Positions 37,597 through 47,566 of a stretch of 64,000 nucleotides of DNA are shown one piece after another (the first letter of the stretch is position 1; the number at the start of each line of letters is the position of its first letter). This DNA comes from Armatimonadota bacterium (lineage in GTDB: Bacteria; Armatimonadota; HRBIN16). The position numbers and the translations under genes were made by a program. The stretch covers positions 4,224,001 to 4,288,000 of the forward strand of contig OY781964.1 of assembly GCA_963677485.1 (NCBI GenBank). Direction: 5' to 3'. The notes beneath the pieces were generated by a model, which saw only the letters and a program-made list of their open reading frames with translations, searched no databases and had not been told where the DNA came from.

Positions 37597-38466
37597 ATGC
37601 GTAAAGAAGGCACAGATCTGAAGTATCACCACTTCGACGAACTCGGCAGCACGCTTTTCCTGACGGACGCCAACGGTGTGCAGACCGACAAATACGTCTA
37701 CAACGCCTGGGGCAAGGTGGTTTCTTCCAGCGGCACGACGGTGAACCCATTCAAGTATGTGGGCCGTTTGGGGTATTACACCCATGCAGAAGCAGGTAAT
37801 ACTTTGTTGCTGCTGGGCACACGCTTCTACGACCCTGACGCTGGCGTCTTCACCCAGCGTGATGCGGCGAAAGACGGCTTGAGCTGGTATTCCTACACCA
37901 GCGGGCAATCGATGGTGGCGGTGGACCCGTGGGGTATGAGTCCCCATACTGACAGGGTCCAATTCTGGTTGCCATGGTTATACAGACTGGCGGACAACTG
38001 CGGAAATGCTTCAGGAATGTATGATGCCAGCACAGCTACCGGTTGGGAAGTTGTTGGGCAAGCATCGTTGTTTTCGTTCGGGTTGGGGGTATCGGGCTTT
38101 GCTTGGGAGAAGGCGGCAGCAGATTTCATTCCAAGAGCAAGTGCGGGAGTATCATATGCAGCCGGACATGTCTACGAAGAACCTGTAATGCGAAGGACCT
38201 TAGGATACGCCGCTGGTAGGGTGGCAAGATGGTTTTGCGGTATAGCAAACACTGTAACGCCCATATACAGCGATTTCGATGCCATATGGAAAGTGTTAAA
38301 TGATTGTGTAAGGAATGGGAAATTCAATTTTGAACCGACCGTCGATGGTTGGCTTAACAGTTCTGACGAGAGCTGTATCAAATCTCTAGCACCTTTTGGA
38401 GATGCTGTATGGCGTTCGCTCGTACAGATTGGGATAGGGACAGTTAGTCTCCGAGTACATCTGTAA
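37597..38466 (+). CDS. Orphan Rhs core-associated domain with C-terminal toxin
   Basis: HFDELGS..TD..G, YNAWG, PFKYVG..GYY, GTRFYDP..G.F..RD and VDPWG, followed by a ~175-aa novel C-terminus. Confidence 0.88.
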   Translation: MRKEGTDLKYHHFDELGSTLFLTDANGVQTDKYVYNAWGKVVSSSGTTVNPFKYVGRLGYYTHAEAGNTLLLLGTRFYDPDAGVFTQRDAAKDGLSWYSYTSGQSMVAVDPWGMSPHTDRVQFWLPWLYRLADNCGNASGMYDASTATGWEVVGQASLFSFGLGVSGFAWEKAAADFIPRASAGVSYAAGHVYEEPVMRRTLGYAAGRVARWFCGIANTVTPIYSDFDAIWKVLNDCVRNGKFNFEPTVDGWLNSSDESCIKSLAPFGDAVWRSLVQIGIGTVSLRVHL

Positions 38467-39050
38467 TGGCAAAGGTAAGTACGACCTTGATTAAAAACCT
38501 CGCAGATGGTATCACAAAGTTAAAAATCATAGTGCTTGATATGGCCTCAAGAACCCTTATCGTAGTGCTACCAACGATCGGATATTTTGTGTTGTGTTTC
38601 ACAGAGCATTCTAGAGGTCGATACTACCCTAATCAACCTCCGCTATTACGGATATTATTGATAGCGGCAACGATATATTTCATGATTCAATTCGGAATTA
38701 TGCGCAGATATATCATAACTACGAGAGATAGTGGACATCCACGACAAACCTTGCTTCGTTACTTAGGGTGGCCGACTGTTTGTATGGCCGTAGTTTTTGC
38801 ATATGTTTGGCATTTGTCTGCATGGTCGCATCTATACCTGATATTTGGGCTTTTATTATGCGGTATAAGTTATATACATAGCACGGAAGACTACCGCATA
38901 ATACGCGGATTATCAGGCGGTTTTCGGTATCTTTGGCTGATTCTAGTGTCAGTTTGGTGGATCGGAATAGTCTTCTACTTAAAATTCATCATACCCATTA
39001 TTATGGCCTGTGAGATTAATAGGTACTGGCACCATCATCGATGGTACTAA
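38466..39050 (+). CDS. Multi-pass membrane protein, putative immunity protein
   Basis: TAATG coupling to the Rhs toxin; about 5 hydrophobic segments; AT-rich; ends HHHRWY. Confidence 0.65.
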   Translation: MAKVSTTLIKNLADGITKLKIIVLDMASRTLIVVLPTIGYFVLCFTEHSRGRYYPNQPPLLRILLIAATIYFMIQFGIMRRYIITTRDSGHPRQTLLRYLGWPTVCMAVVFAYVWHLSAWSHLYLIFGLLLCGISYIHSTEDYRIIRGLSGGFRYLWLILVSVWWIGIVFYLKFIIPIIMACEINRYWHHHRWY

Positions 39051-39189
39051 ACAATGATCCGCAGAAAGGAAAGGCATATAACAAATCCAGAATTGCTAAA
39101 TACCGGCGCGAATATTACCGCGCATTCGGTAATTAATTCGGTGGTATGATCGACGGTGCGAATATAGCGGCTTTGTATCGACCAGTAGG

Positions 39190-39768
39190 ATGTCATTTAT
39201 AATGGTCATGATGAATCCAAGGAAGCGTGCCAAGCTAATGCTTATCGTGAGAACTGCATATCTATTGCTTTATTGTGTGATCGTGTCAGGATTATCATGG
39301 ATCATGATGTTGTATGCTGGGGTGTCATACAACTGGTTCGGTGACGGATCAGCCGTCAGGGTTGCACCACCTACCTTGAAGATTATGGTAGTGATCTCAT
39401 CACTACTTGGAGCGTCGTGTATAAACACCCTCTTGGTATTGCGAAAGAAAGGTGTTTATACACCTTTCGTGCGACGACGCTTAGCAATCGGAATTCTATT
39501 ATTCGTGATAACCTGTCTTTATACGATACTGTCGATGTCCTATCAGGTTGTGCTGTATTGGATTATTTGTACAGTATGGGCGTTATATCTTCTGAACATT
39601 AGGCGGTTGATGCTAGGGGAGAGGGATCATCTTTATAAATATGAGATAGTAACGATCTTCTGTGCGTTATCATTAACGGTGTATTATATCTACATAACTA
39701 ACGTTGCGGCATGCATCATAAAAACAGACTATATAGATTATTATCTTGTTTATCATAGATGGTATTGA
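39190..39768 (+). CDS. Multi-pass membrane protein, paralogue of 38466-39050
   Basis: Similar length and TM pattern; PP-x-L-x-I motif; ends YHRWY. Confidence 0.65.
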   Translation: MSFIMVMMNPRKRAKLMLIVRTAYLLLYCVIVSGLSWIMMLYAGVSYNWFGDGSAVRVAPPTLKIMVVISSLLGASCINTLLVLRKKGVYTPFVRRRLAIGILLFVITCLYTILSMSYQVVLYWIICTVWALYLLNIRRLMLGERDHLYKYEIVTIFCALSLTVYYIYITNVAACIIKTDYIDYYLVYHRWY

Positions 39769-40000
39769 GTGGCGATTCATGACATCCCACATCAGCTCGG
39801 TCGGCATCAACACAGCCTTCTACGCCACTTACCGAGTGCGTGATTGATCGGGTTGAATAGAAGGCATTATGTGCCAGTATCCTAACAACCCATGTTTAGT
39901 AGATGCATGCGGGTGTATCGAATTCCAGTTATGGGTCCTCAGGAATACAAAGGTCGTTCGCTGTGGCAGGCCTCGACGCCTGCCCCAACACTCACCACAT

Positions 40001-40030
40001 TTGACAACCAACCCCGAATCCAGCTATAAT
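40001..40030 (+). promoter_or_regulatory. Consensus sigma70 promoter of the pyr operon
   Basis: TTGACA (40001-40006), 18-bp spacer, TATAAT (40025-40030). Confidence 0.8.
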
Positions 40031-40053
40031 GCTATAAGAAGTCCGGAAACCGA

Positions 40054-40087
40054 TCCTTTAAGACCGTCCAGAGAGGCGGGTAAGGAG
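40054..40087 (+). promoter_or_regulatory. PyrR-binding RNA loop
   Basis: cctttaa-gaccGTCCAGAGAGGcggg-taagg matches the CUUUAA...GUCCAGAGAGGC consensus and lies directly upstream of pyrR. Confidence 0.88.
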
Positions 40088-40160
40088 CCTGGTGAACCCG
40101 CATTCATCTGTCTCTAATCCGATCCATCTCAGGACCTCCAACACCTGTAAGGAGGACCTT

Positions 40161-40715
40161 ATGCTTCGCGAAATCCCCGTGATGAACGCGCAAGACATGC
40201 GCCGTGCTCTCACACGCATAGCCCATGAGATATTGGAACGCAACAAAGGGTCAGAAAACCTCGTTTTAGTGGGCGTGCTTCGCAAAGGAGCCCCCATCGC
40301 CAACCGCCTCGCCGCACTCATTCAAGAGATCGAAAACAACCCGGTTCCGGTAGGTCAACTGGATATCTCCCTCTACCGCGATGATTACCGCACTCACACC
40401 GTGACAGGAATGGGCAGCACGCAGATGCCTGTGGATATCACCGGCAAGTGCGTGGTGCTGGTGGATGAGGTCTTTTTCACAGGCCGCACCATACGGGCCG
40501 CCATCACCGGCCTGTTTGACCTCGGCCGGCCGTCCAACATCCAACTTGCCGTGCTGGTGGACCGCGGTCACCGCGAGATCCCTGTCCGGCCAGACTATGT
40601 AGGTAAGAACATCCCCACCTCAAAAAGCGAGTTCGTAGAGGTGCGCCTCCAGGAGCTCCACGGTGAAGACTCGGTGTGCATTGTTAAGTCGCTTGAGGAG
40701 GAACCGAACGAGTGA
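40161..40715 (+). CDS. pyrR: Pyrimidine operon regulator / UPRTase PyrR
   Basis: RALTRIAHEILERN, LDISLYRDD, VDEVFFTGRT and DRGHREIP..DYVGKN motifs; GGAGG RBS. Confidence 0.97.
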   Translation: MLREIPVMNAQDMRRALTRIAHEILERNKGSENLVLVGVLRKGAPIANRLAALIQEIENNPVPVGQLDISLYRDDYRTHTVTGMGSTQMPVDITGKCVVLVDEVFFTGRTIRAAITGLFDLGRPSNIQLAVLVDRGHREIPVRPDYVGKNIPTSKSEFVEVRLQELHGEDSVCIVKSLEEEPNE

Positions 40716-41632
40716 TCACTGACTTACTGGACCTTAAAGGCGTATCAGCAGAGGACATCAAGACCCTGCTGGACAGCGCAGATTCCTTCAAAGACATTCT
40801 CTACCGCGACATTAAAAAAGTGCCCACCCTGCGGGGCCGGTCACTCTGCACACTATTTTACGAAAACAGCACCCGCACGCGCGTCTCGTTTGAGACCGCC
40901 GCCAAGGTGATGTCCGCCGATACCGCCAGCGTGAGTGCTTCGGGCAGCTCCATCCAAAAGGGCGAAAGCCTGGCCGACACCATCTGGACGCTCCGGGCGA
41001 TGCAGTTTGATGCGCTGGTGATGCGGCACCCTCAAAGCGGTGCGGCAGCTTACGCGGCGGCCAAGCTGGACATTCCTGTAATCAACGCCGGCGACGGAAT
41101 GCACGCCCATCCCACTCAAGCACTGCTGGATATGCTGACCATCAGGCAGCACACAGGCCAGTTGGAGGGGTTGACCGTAGCGATAGTGGGGGATATCTCT
41201 CACAGCCGCGTGGCGCGCAGCAATGTCTGGGGGATGAGCATTATGGGTATGAACGTGCGGCTGGTGGCACCGCGCACCCTGTTGCCTCGCGACGTAGAGC
41301 GGTTTCCCGCCCAGGTCAGCACCAGTCTGCGTGACGGCATCGCCGGGGCTGATGTGGTGATGTGCCTGCGGCTTCAGAGTGAGCGCATGAGCGGTGGTCT
41401 GCTGCCCAGCCTGTCGGAATACGCTCAGCAATGGGGTATCAACAGTGACACAATCAAGTACGCCCAACCCGGTGCGTTGGTCATGCATCCCGGGCCGATG
41501 AACCGCGGTGTGGAGATATCGGCAGAGATGGCCGACTCGCCGCAATCGGTGGTGCTGGAGCAGGTCACTAATGGGGTGGCCATCCGCATGTCGGTTCTCT
41601 ACCATCTGCTAGGAGGGGGTTCGGAAGCGTGA
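40712..41632 (+). CDS. pyrB: Aspartate carbamoyltransferase catalytic subunit
   Basis: FYENSTRTR, NAGDG.HAHPTQ and HPGPMNRG motifs. Confidence 0.98.
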   Translation: MITDLLDLKGVSAEDIKTLLDSADSFKDILYRDIKKVPTLRGRSLCTLFYENSTRTRVSFETAAKVMSADTASVSASGSSIQKGESLADTIWTLRAMQFDALVMRHPQSGAAAYAAAKLDIPVINAGDGMHAHPTQALLDMLTIRQHTGQLEGLTVAIVGDISHSRVARSNVWGMSIMGMNVRLVAPRTLLPRDVERFPAQVSTSLRDGIAGADVVMCLRLQSERMSGGLLPSLSEYAQQWGINSDTIKYAQPGALVMHPGPMNRGVEISAEMADSPQSVVLEQVTNGVAIRMSVLYHLLGGGSEA

Positions 41633-42900
41633 CAAAGCTGTTAAAAGGGGCCAGGATCATCGATCCTTCCCAAAACATGGATGCGATCGCCGACCTGTTG
41701 ATAGAGGATGGCAAAGTGGCCGCCATCGGCGAAGGCCTGAGTGGCGATGAGGTGGTCGACTGCACCGGTCTGGTGCTGTCACCTGGGCTAATCGACCTGC
41801 ATGTGCATCTGCGCGAACCGGGCCAGGAATACAAAGAGGACATCGAGTCCGGCACCATGGCCGCCGCGGCGGGCGGGGTCACTGGTGTGGTCTGTATGCC
41901 TAACACCGTGCCGCCCATCGATGACCCAGTCATCGTGCGCGGTATCCTGCAGAGGGCGGCTGAGGTTGGTAAAGCACGGGTCTACCCGGCTGCTGCCGTG
42001 ACCAGGAACCTGCAGGATGAAGGTCTGACAGACATGGCCGCGCTGAAGCAGGCTGGAGCGGTCGCCGTGACGGATGATGCCCATCCGCTGGCACTGGCTG
42101 GTGTTCTGCGCCGCGCGTGTGAGTATGCCCAAATGTTCAAGCTTCCTGTGATGCTTCACTGCGAGGACAAAACGCTCAGCGGCGAAGGCTTCATGAATGA
42201 GGGCTACACCTCCACTGAGATCGGTCTGAAGGGCATGCCCACGATCGCCGAAGATATCCATGTCAGCCGAAACTGCACGATGTCGCTGTATACGGGAGCG
42301 CATGTGCATATGCTGCATGTCAGCAGCGCGTTCAGCGTGGACCTGATCCGCAAAGCGAAGGCCAGGGGTGCCAATGTGACGGCGGAAACCTGTCCGCATT
42401 ACTTTACCCTCACCGACGAAGCGTGCGTGGGATATGACACGAACTTCAAAATGAACCCTCCGCTGCGCGATGAGGCCAGTCGACTGGCGGTGCTGGAAGG
42501 GCTGCTCGATGGCACCATTGATGCCATCTCAACCGACCATGCGCCTCACGCCAAAATGGAGAAGGACAAAGAGTTTGGTTACGCTCCGTTTGGAGTGGTT
42601 GGTCTGGAGACCAGTTTCGCGGTGAGCTACACCTACCTCGTCAAGACCGGCAAGATGAGTCTGATGGAGCTCATCAACAAGATGAGCACGATGCCTGCTA
42701 GAATTATCGGCGTGCCGGGCGGCAGCCTCAAGGTGGGCTGTGTGGCGGATATCGCACTTTTTGACATCAACCAAGAATGGACGGTCGATCCAGACCAGTT
42801 CTATTCGAAGTCTCAAAACACCACGTTTAAGGGCTGGCCGCTAACGGGCCGAGCTGTACACACGCTGCTTGGTGGTGAGACGGTATACCAGTTACGATGA
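41629..42900 (+). CDS. pyrC: Dihydroorotase (type I)
   Basis: DLHVHLREPG, MPNT, KMNPPLR and TDHAPH motifs. Confidence 0.97.
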   Translation: MTKLLKGARIIDPSQNMDAIADLLIEDGKVAAIGEGLSGDEVVDCTGLVLSPGLIDLHVHLREPGQEYKEDIESGTMAAAAGGVTGVVCMPNTVPPIDDPVIVRGILQRAAEVGKARVYPAAAVTRNLQDEGLTDMAALKQAGAVAVTDDAHPLALAGVLRRACEYAQMFKLPVMLHCEDKTLSGEGFMNEGYTSTEIGLKGMPTIAEDIHVSRNCTMSLYTGAHVHMLHVSSAFSVDLIRKAKARGANVTAETCPHYFTLTDEACVGYDTNFKMNPPLRDEASRLAVLEGLLDGTIDAISTDHAPHAKMEKDKEFGYAPFGVVGLETSFAVSYTYLVKTGKMSLMELINKMSTMPARIIGVPGGSLKVGCVADIALFDINQEWTVDPDQFYSKSQNTTFKGWPLTGRAVHTLLGGETVYQLR

Positions 42901-42903
42901 GTG

Positions 42904-42934
42904 AAAGCCTGCCCTTGATACCGGCAGGCTTTTT
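42904..42934 (+). terminator. Intrinsic terminator between pyrC and carA
   Basis: aaagcctgcc / ggcaggcttttt stem with U-tract. Confidence 0.7.
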
Positions 42935-42964
42935 GATGAAATAGCACAAGGGGGAAGCAGAGAT

Positions 42965-44083
42965 ATGCGTTCGATACTCGTTCTAGAAGACGGCTCGGTG
43001 TATGAGGGGCTCAGCTACGGAGCCATCGGCACCGCAGTCGGGGAGGTCGTCTTCAATACCGGCATGACCGGCTACCAGGAGATTTTGACCGACCCAAGCT
43101 ACGCAGGACAGATCGTCACCTTGACCTACCCTTTGATAGGCAACTACGGCATCAACCCGGAAGACATTGAGAGCCGCGCTCTGCAGCCGAAGGCCCTGGT
43201 GGTGCATCAGGCTTGTGCGGTGCCCAGCAACTGGCGCATGAGCATCAGCTTGAATGATTACCTGAAAGAGTTCGGCATGCTTGGGCTTCATGGCATCGAC
43301 ACACGCACCCTCACCCGTGAGATACGCCACGCCGGCGTTATGATGGGTGTGGTCACAAATGAGCTGACCACTGCCGAAGCTTTGGCTGTGCTCAAGGCTG
43401 CCCCCAAATATGATGACAATAACTATGTGAAGCAGGTCACCACGCCTGAGCCATATGTATGGGACATCAACGGAATGAAGCCGTCCATCGCGCCAGCTCT
43501 GCCGGGCACGAAGTATCGCCTGACCATGATCGACTGCGGCTTGAAGTATAACATCCTGCGCCGGTTTGCCAGTTTTGGTTCCCGAATCACGGTGATGCCC
43601 TGCACCAGCACGGCTGAGGATGTGATGCGCACCAATCCTGACGGCATTTTGCTCTCACCTGGGCCTGGTGATCCGGCTCTGCTTGGTGACATCGTGGCGC
43701 TAGTGAAGAAACTTTCTACACAGAAGCCGATGTTTGGCATCTGTCTGGGTAACCAGATGGTGGGATGCGCCTTCGGCGGCCATACCTTCAAGTTGAAGTT
43801 TGGGCATAGAGGGGCGAACCATCCTGTGCATGACCTGTTCAGTGACAAGGTGCGGATTACATCCCAGAATCACGGGTATGCGCTTGATCCCAACGGGCTG
43901 GGCGATGGTATGCAGGTCTGGCAGCAGAACCTGAACGACGGCACCGTCGAAGGTCTGCGCCACTGCGAGCTGCCCATCATGACCATCCAGTACCACCCGG
44001 AAGCCTCACCTGGTCCGCGAGATAGTGACCCGTATTTCGGTGAGTTCTTGAATTTAGTCGACCAGTATAAGAGTGCCAAGTAG
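42965..44083 (+). CDS. carA: Carbamoyl-phosphate synthase small subunit
   Basis: GEVVFNTGMTGYQE, LSPGPGDP, GICLG, SQNHGY and QYHPE motifs. Confidence 0.98.
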   Translation: MRSILVLEDGSVYEGLSYGAIGTAVGEVVFNTGMTGYQEILTDPSYAGQIVTLTYPLIGNYGINPEDIESRALQPKALVVHQACAVPSNWRMSISLNDYLKEFGMLGLHGIDTRTLTREIRHAGVMMGVVTNELTTAEALAVLKAAPKYDDNNYVKQVTTPEPYVWDINGMKPSIAPALPGTKYRLTMIDCGLKYNILRRFASFGSRITVMPCTSTAEDVMRTNPDGILLSPGPGDPALLGDIVALVKKLSTQKPMFGICLGNQMVGCAFGGHTFKLKFGHRGANHPVHDLFSDKVRITSQNHGYALDPNGLGDGMQVWQQNLNDGTVEGLRHCELPIMTIQYHPEASPGPRDSDPYFGEFLNLVDQYKSAK

Positions 44084-44119
44084 GCTGTCAACAGTTTCAG
44101 AGTTAAGAGAGGTTCGTTC

Positions 44120-45805
44120 ATGCCAGTAAGACAAGATATCAAAAAGGTGATGGTGATAGGCTCGGGTCCGATCGTCATCGGACAAGCGGCGGAGTTTGAT
44201 TACGCGGGCACTCAGGCCTGCCGTGCCCTGCGTGAAGAGGGTATGTTCGTGATCCTGATGAACTCCAACCCGGCCACCATCATGACCGATAACGAAGTGG
44301 CGGACAGAGTTTATATTGAGCCGTTGACGGTGGAATTTGCTGAGAAGGTGATCGCACGCGAACGTCCAGACGGACTGCTGCCCACCCTGGGAGGGCAGAC
44401 CGGGCTTAACCTGGCGGTGAACCTGGCACAGGCAGGCATTCTTGAGAAGTATAACGTGGAGCTGCTGGGCACCTCACTGGACGCCATTCAGAAGGCGGAA
44501 GACCGCGAGTTGTTTCGCAACACGATGAACAGCATCGATCAGCCGGTGCCGCAAAGTTGGATTGTAGAAAGCGTAGACCAGTTGCGGGAAGTGGCGGAGC
44601 TCTGCCCGTATCCGGCCATCATCCGCCCCGCTTACACGCTGGGCGGTACCGGCGGCGGTATCGCGGCCACCAAAGAGGAGCTGCTGAGCATCGGCGAGAA
44701 GGGGCTTAGCCTCTCCATGCGCAACCAGGTGCTGATTGAGCGTAGCCTGATCGGGTGGAAAGAGGTGGAGTATGAAGTGATGCGTGACGGCAACGACACG
44801 TGCATCACGGTCTGCTCGATGGAAAACTTCGACCCCATGGGTATTCATACCGGCGACAGCATCGTAGCTGCACCCACACAGACACTGACCGACAAAGAGT
44901 ATCACATGCTGCGCACGGCTTCGCTGAAGATCATCTGTGCGCTGGGGATTGAAGGCGGCTGTAATGTGCAGCTTGCGCTGTCACCGCACAGCTTTGAGTA
45001 TTTCGTTATCGAAGTCAACCCGCGTGTGAGCCGATCCTCTGCATTGGCGTCTAAAGCCACAGGCTATCCGATCGCACGTGTGGCGGCTAAGATCGCCATT
45101 GGGCTGAGGCTGGACGAGATCAGCAACGAAGTCACTGGCATGACGAAGGCTTGTTTCGAGCCTGCGATTGACTACATCGTGGTGAAGTTCCCACGTTGGC
45201 CTTTTGATAAGTTCGTAACAGCAGACCGCCGCGTAGGCACTCAGATGAAAGCCACTGGCGAAATCATGGCCATTGACCGCACCTTTGAAGCCGCTTTGAT
45301 GAAGGCCATCCGAAGCCTCGAGATCGGTGCGATTGGGTTGACCCGTAAGGGAACCGCGAGCATGTCGGATATGCAGATCGAAGAGGGGATCGCAGTCGCC
45401 ACCGACGAACGTCTGTTTATCATCGCCGAGGCGTTCCGTCGCGGAATGATGGTGGAAGAGATACACCAGATCAGCAACATCGATGTCTGGTTCCTCGAAA
45501 AAGTGCGGCTGCTGGTGGAGATGGAAACCCGACTGAAAATCAACGCCAAGCAGCTTGCTGATTTCGCCAACGAGCCATCCTCAGTTTCCGATGATGTGTT
45601 GACTATGATACGAGACGCCAAGACGTTGAACTATCCTGACAAGATGCTGGCCGACATGGCCGGCGTCAGTGTCATTCAGATGCGCAAGGCGCGGCAGAGT
45701 GCGGGCATCATGCCGAATTACAAAATGGTCGATACCTGCGCCGCCGAGTTTGAAGCGCTCACACCATATTATTATGGAACTTACACCGCAGGCTCTACCG
45801 GCTGA
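44120..45805 (+). CDS. carB: Carbamoyl-phosphate synthase large subunit, N-terminal half only (561 aa)
   Basis: [33 protein letters not shown] and [18 protein letters not shown], then a stop; the second ATP-grasp half is absent. Confidence 0.92.
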   Translation: MPVRQDIKKVMVIGSGPIVIGQAAEFDYAGTQACRALREEGMFVILMNSNPATIMTDNEVADRVYIEPLTVEFAEKVIARERPDGLLPTLGGQTGLNLAVNLAQAGILEKYNVELLGTSLDAIQKAEDRELFRNTMNSIDQPVPQSWIVESVDQLREVAELCPYPAIIRPAYTLGGTGGGIAATKEELLSIGEKGLSLSMRNQVLIERSLIGWKEVEYEVMRDGNDTCITVCSMENFDPMGIHTGDSIVAAPTQTLTDKEYHMLRTASLKIICALGIEGGCNVQLALSPHSFEYFVIEVNPRVSRSSALASKATGYPIARVAAKIAIGLRLDEISNEVTGMTKACFEPAIDYIVVKFPRWPFDKFVTADRRVGTQMKATGEIMAIDRTFEAALMKAIRSLEIGAIGLTRKGTASMSDMQIEEGIAVATDERLFIIAEAFRRGMMVEEIHQISNIDVWFLEKVRLLVEMETRLKINAKQLADFANEPSSVSDDVLTMIRDAKTLNYPDKMLADMAGVSVIQMRKARQSAGIMPNYKMVDTCAAEFEALTPYYYGTYTAGSTG

Positions 45806-47292
45806 TCCTTCTGACGCGGGCGGGATGAGGCATTTCTCGCCCGCCCCTTTGACCACTGCCTGAGTGCTGTGATTTGCTCTTTCATGGTCTGTGACAGCGG
45901 CACCGTCTGGTGAAGCTCCTTGATGATGTGCTTGGCCTCAAGCTCCTCACCAGCATGAAATGCCTTGAACAAGCCGCCTATTACAGCTTGTTCTATTTCG
46001 GCTCCACTGAACCCGCTGGATGCTCCCGCTAACCGCTCCAAATCAAACTTCGTGGCATCACGCTTCCGCTTGTTGATATGAACCTCGAATATCTTCACCC
46101 GTTCGGACCTCTCAGGAAGGTCCGTGAAGAACACTTCGTCGAAGCGCCCTTTGCGTAACATTTCCGGTGGAATCTGCGACACATTATTAGCTGTCGCAGC
46201 CACAAAAACCGGGGCTGTCTTTTCTTGCATCCACGTCAGGAAACTAGCGAAGACTCGGGCGGTTGTCCCTCCGTCGCTCATACCGGAGCTCTGAACGCCG
46301 CTGAAGCCTTTGTCAAGCTCGTCGATCCACAGCACGCAAGGGGCCAACGCCTCAGCCTGTTGAATAGCTGCCCGCATGTTCTGCTCAGATGAACCCACCA
46401 GACTGCCAAACACGCGGCCAACATCTAACCGAAGCAGGGGCATGGACCACTCTGATGCAATCGCTCGGGCTGCCAGGCTCTTCCCGCATCCTTGCACACC
46501 GATAATCAAGACACCTTTGGGGTAGGGCAGTCCAAATTCGAGAGCTTTCGGACTGAACCCGTCCTTGCGCTGACGCAGCCAGTCCACTAAAAGATCCAAA
46601 CCTCCGATGGAACTAAAGGGCTCAGTGTGTCCTATGTAGTCCAAGATGCCGGATTTGCGGATGAGTTGCTGTTTCTGCTGAAGCACGACAGATGTTTGAA
46701 ATGAACCGGTCTGAGCTAGAGATAGCGCGAGCACATTTTCAATCTCCATGGCTGACAACCCGCTGGCGGCATCTACTAACTGCTGCATCTCTGGTTCCAT
46801 AACATCTTTGCCATTACCGAGGGCTTTGCTAGCGGTGATGATCATCTGCCTTACCTCATCACGGTCTGGCAATGGTAAATCCAACACGGTGATCAGGTGC
46901 AGCAGTTCAGACGGCACCGAAAGAACTGGTGATATTAATAACAGAGTGCTCTGACGTGTTCGAAAAACTGTGATGAGCTCCTTGAGTAGCCGCCTGTTAA
47001 TACTGTCATCAAGATACGGGTGAAAGTCTTTCATGATCAAGAGGCTGCGTGACGGCAGGTCGTGTGCTTGAAGTAGCGCCCTCACGGGTTTCATGGTATT
47101 TGGGTCAGGCCGTCCGTCAGATGAGAACCCCGTGGCGTTCGACCACTGCACAATCTGGTAACCAAGCTCCTCCGCAACAGGCATCAGAGCCTGGATGACT
47201 CTCGCCTCTTCTTGCGTCACAACATTAATAGCAGCGAAACGAGCCTTCAAAAGAAGGCGAAACTGCTGGCAGAACCCCTCGATTGCGGTCAT
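45781..47292 (-). CDS. Ycf46-like AAA+ ATPase
   Basis: [40 protein letters not shown] and [10 protein letters not shown] motifs; 3' end overlaps carB by 25 bp. Confidence 0.9.
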   Translation of the reverse strand: MTAIEGFCQQFRLLLKARFAAINVVTQEEARVIQALMPVAEELGYQIVQWSNATGFSSDGRPDPNTMKPVRALLQAHDLPSRSLLIMKDFHPYLDDSINRRLLKELITVFRTRQSTLLLISPVLSVPSELLHLITVLDLPLPDRDEVRQMIITASKALGNGKDVMEPEMQQLVDAASGLSAMEIENVLALSLAQTGSFQTSVVLQQKQQLIRKSGILDYIGHTEPFSSIGGLDLLVDWLRQRKDGFSPKALEFGLPYPKGVLIIGVQGCGKSLAARAIASEWSMPLLRLDVGRVFGSLVGSSEQNMRAAIQQAEALAPCVLWIDELDKGFSGVQSSGMSDGGTTARVFASFLTWMQEKTAPVFVAATANNVSQIPPEMLRKGRFDEVFFTDLPERSERVKIFEVHINKRKRDATKFDLERLAGASSGFSGAEIEQAVIGGLFKAFHAGEELEAKHIIKELHQTVPLSQTMKEQITALRQWSKGRARNASSRPRQKDQPVEPAV

Positions 47293-47566
47293 TTTAGCCT
47301 CAATTTTTAAAAAAACTTTGAAATTGGATGAATAAATATATACATCCCGCTCATAAAGATGGTACCATAAGAACGTTCAGGAGGATTAACCAACCAAATG
47401 AGCTGGATTCATGCTTGGTTTGTTTGCGAGACACGCCATGCGCTATGCGTATAAACATGATTCTATGTAAGTGTCCCGTCGTGTAAGCTTCACCAGAATT
47501 TAAAAGAATATGAGGAGTGCGCCTGCTATGTTGGGCGCTCCTGAGCTCTTCAAGGAGGCCTGAGTG

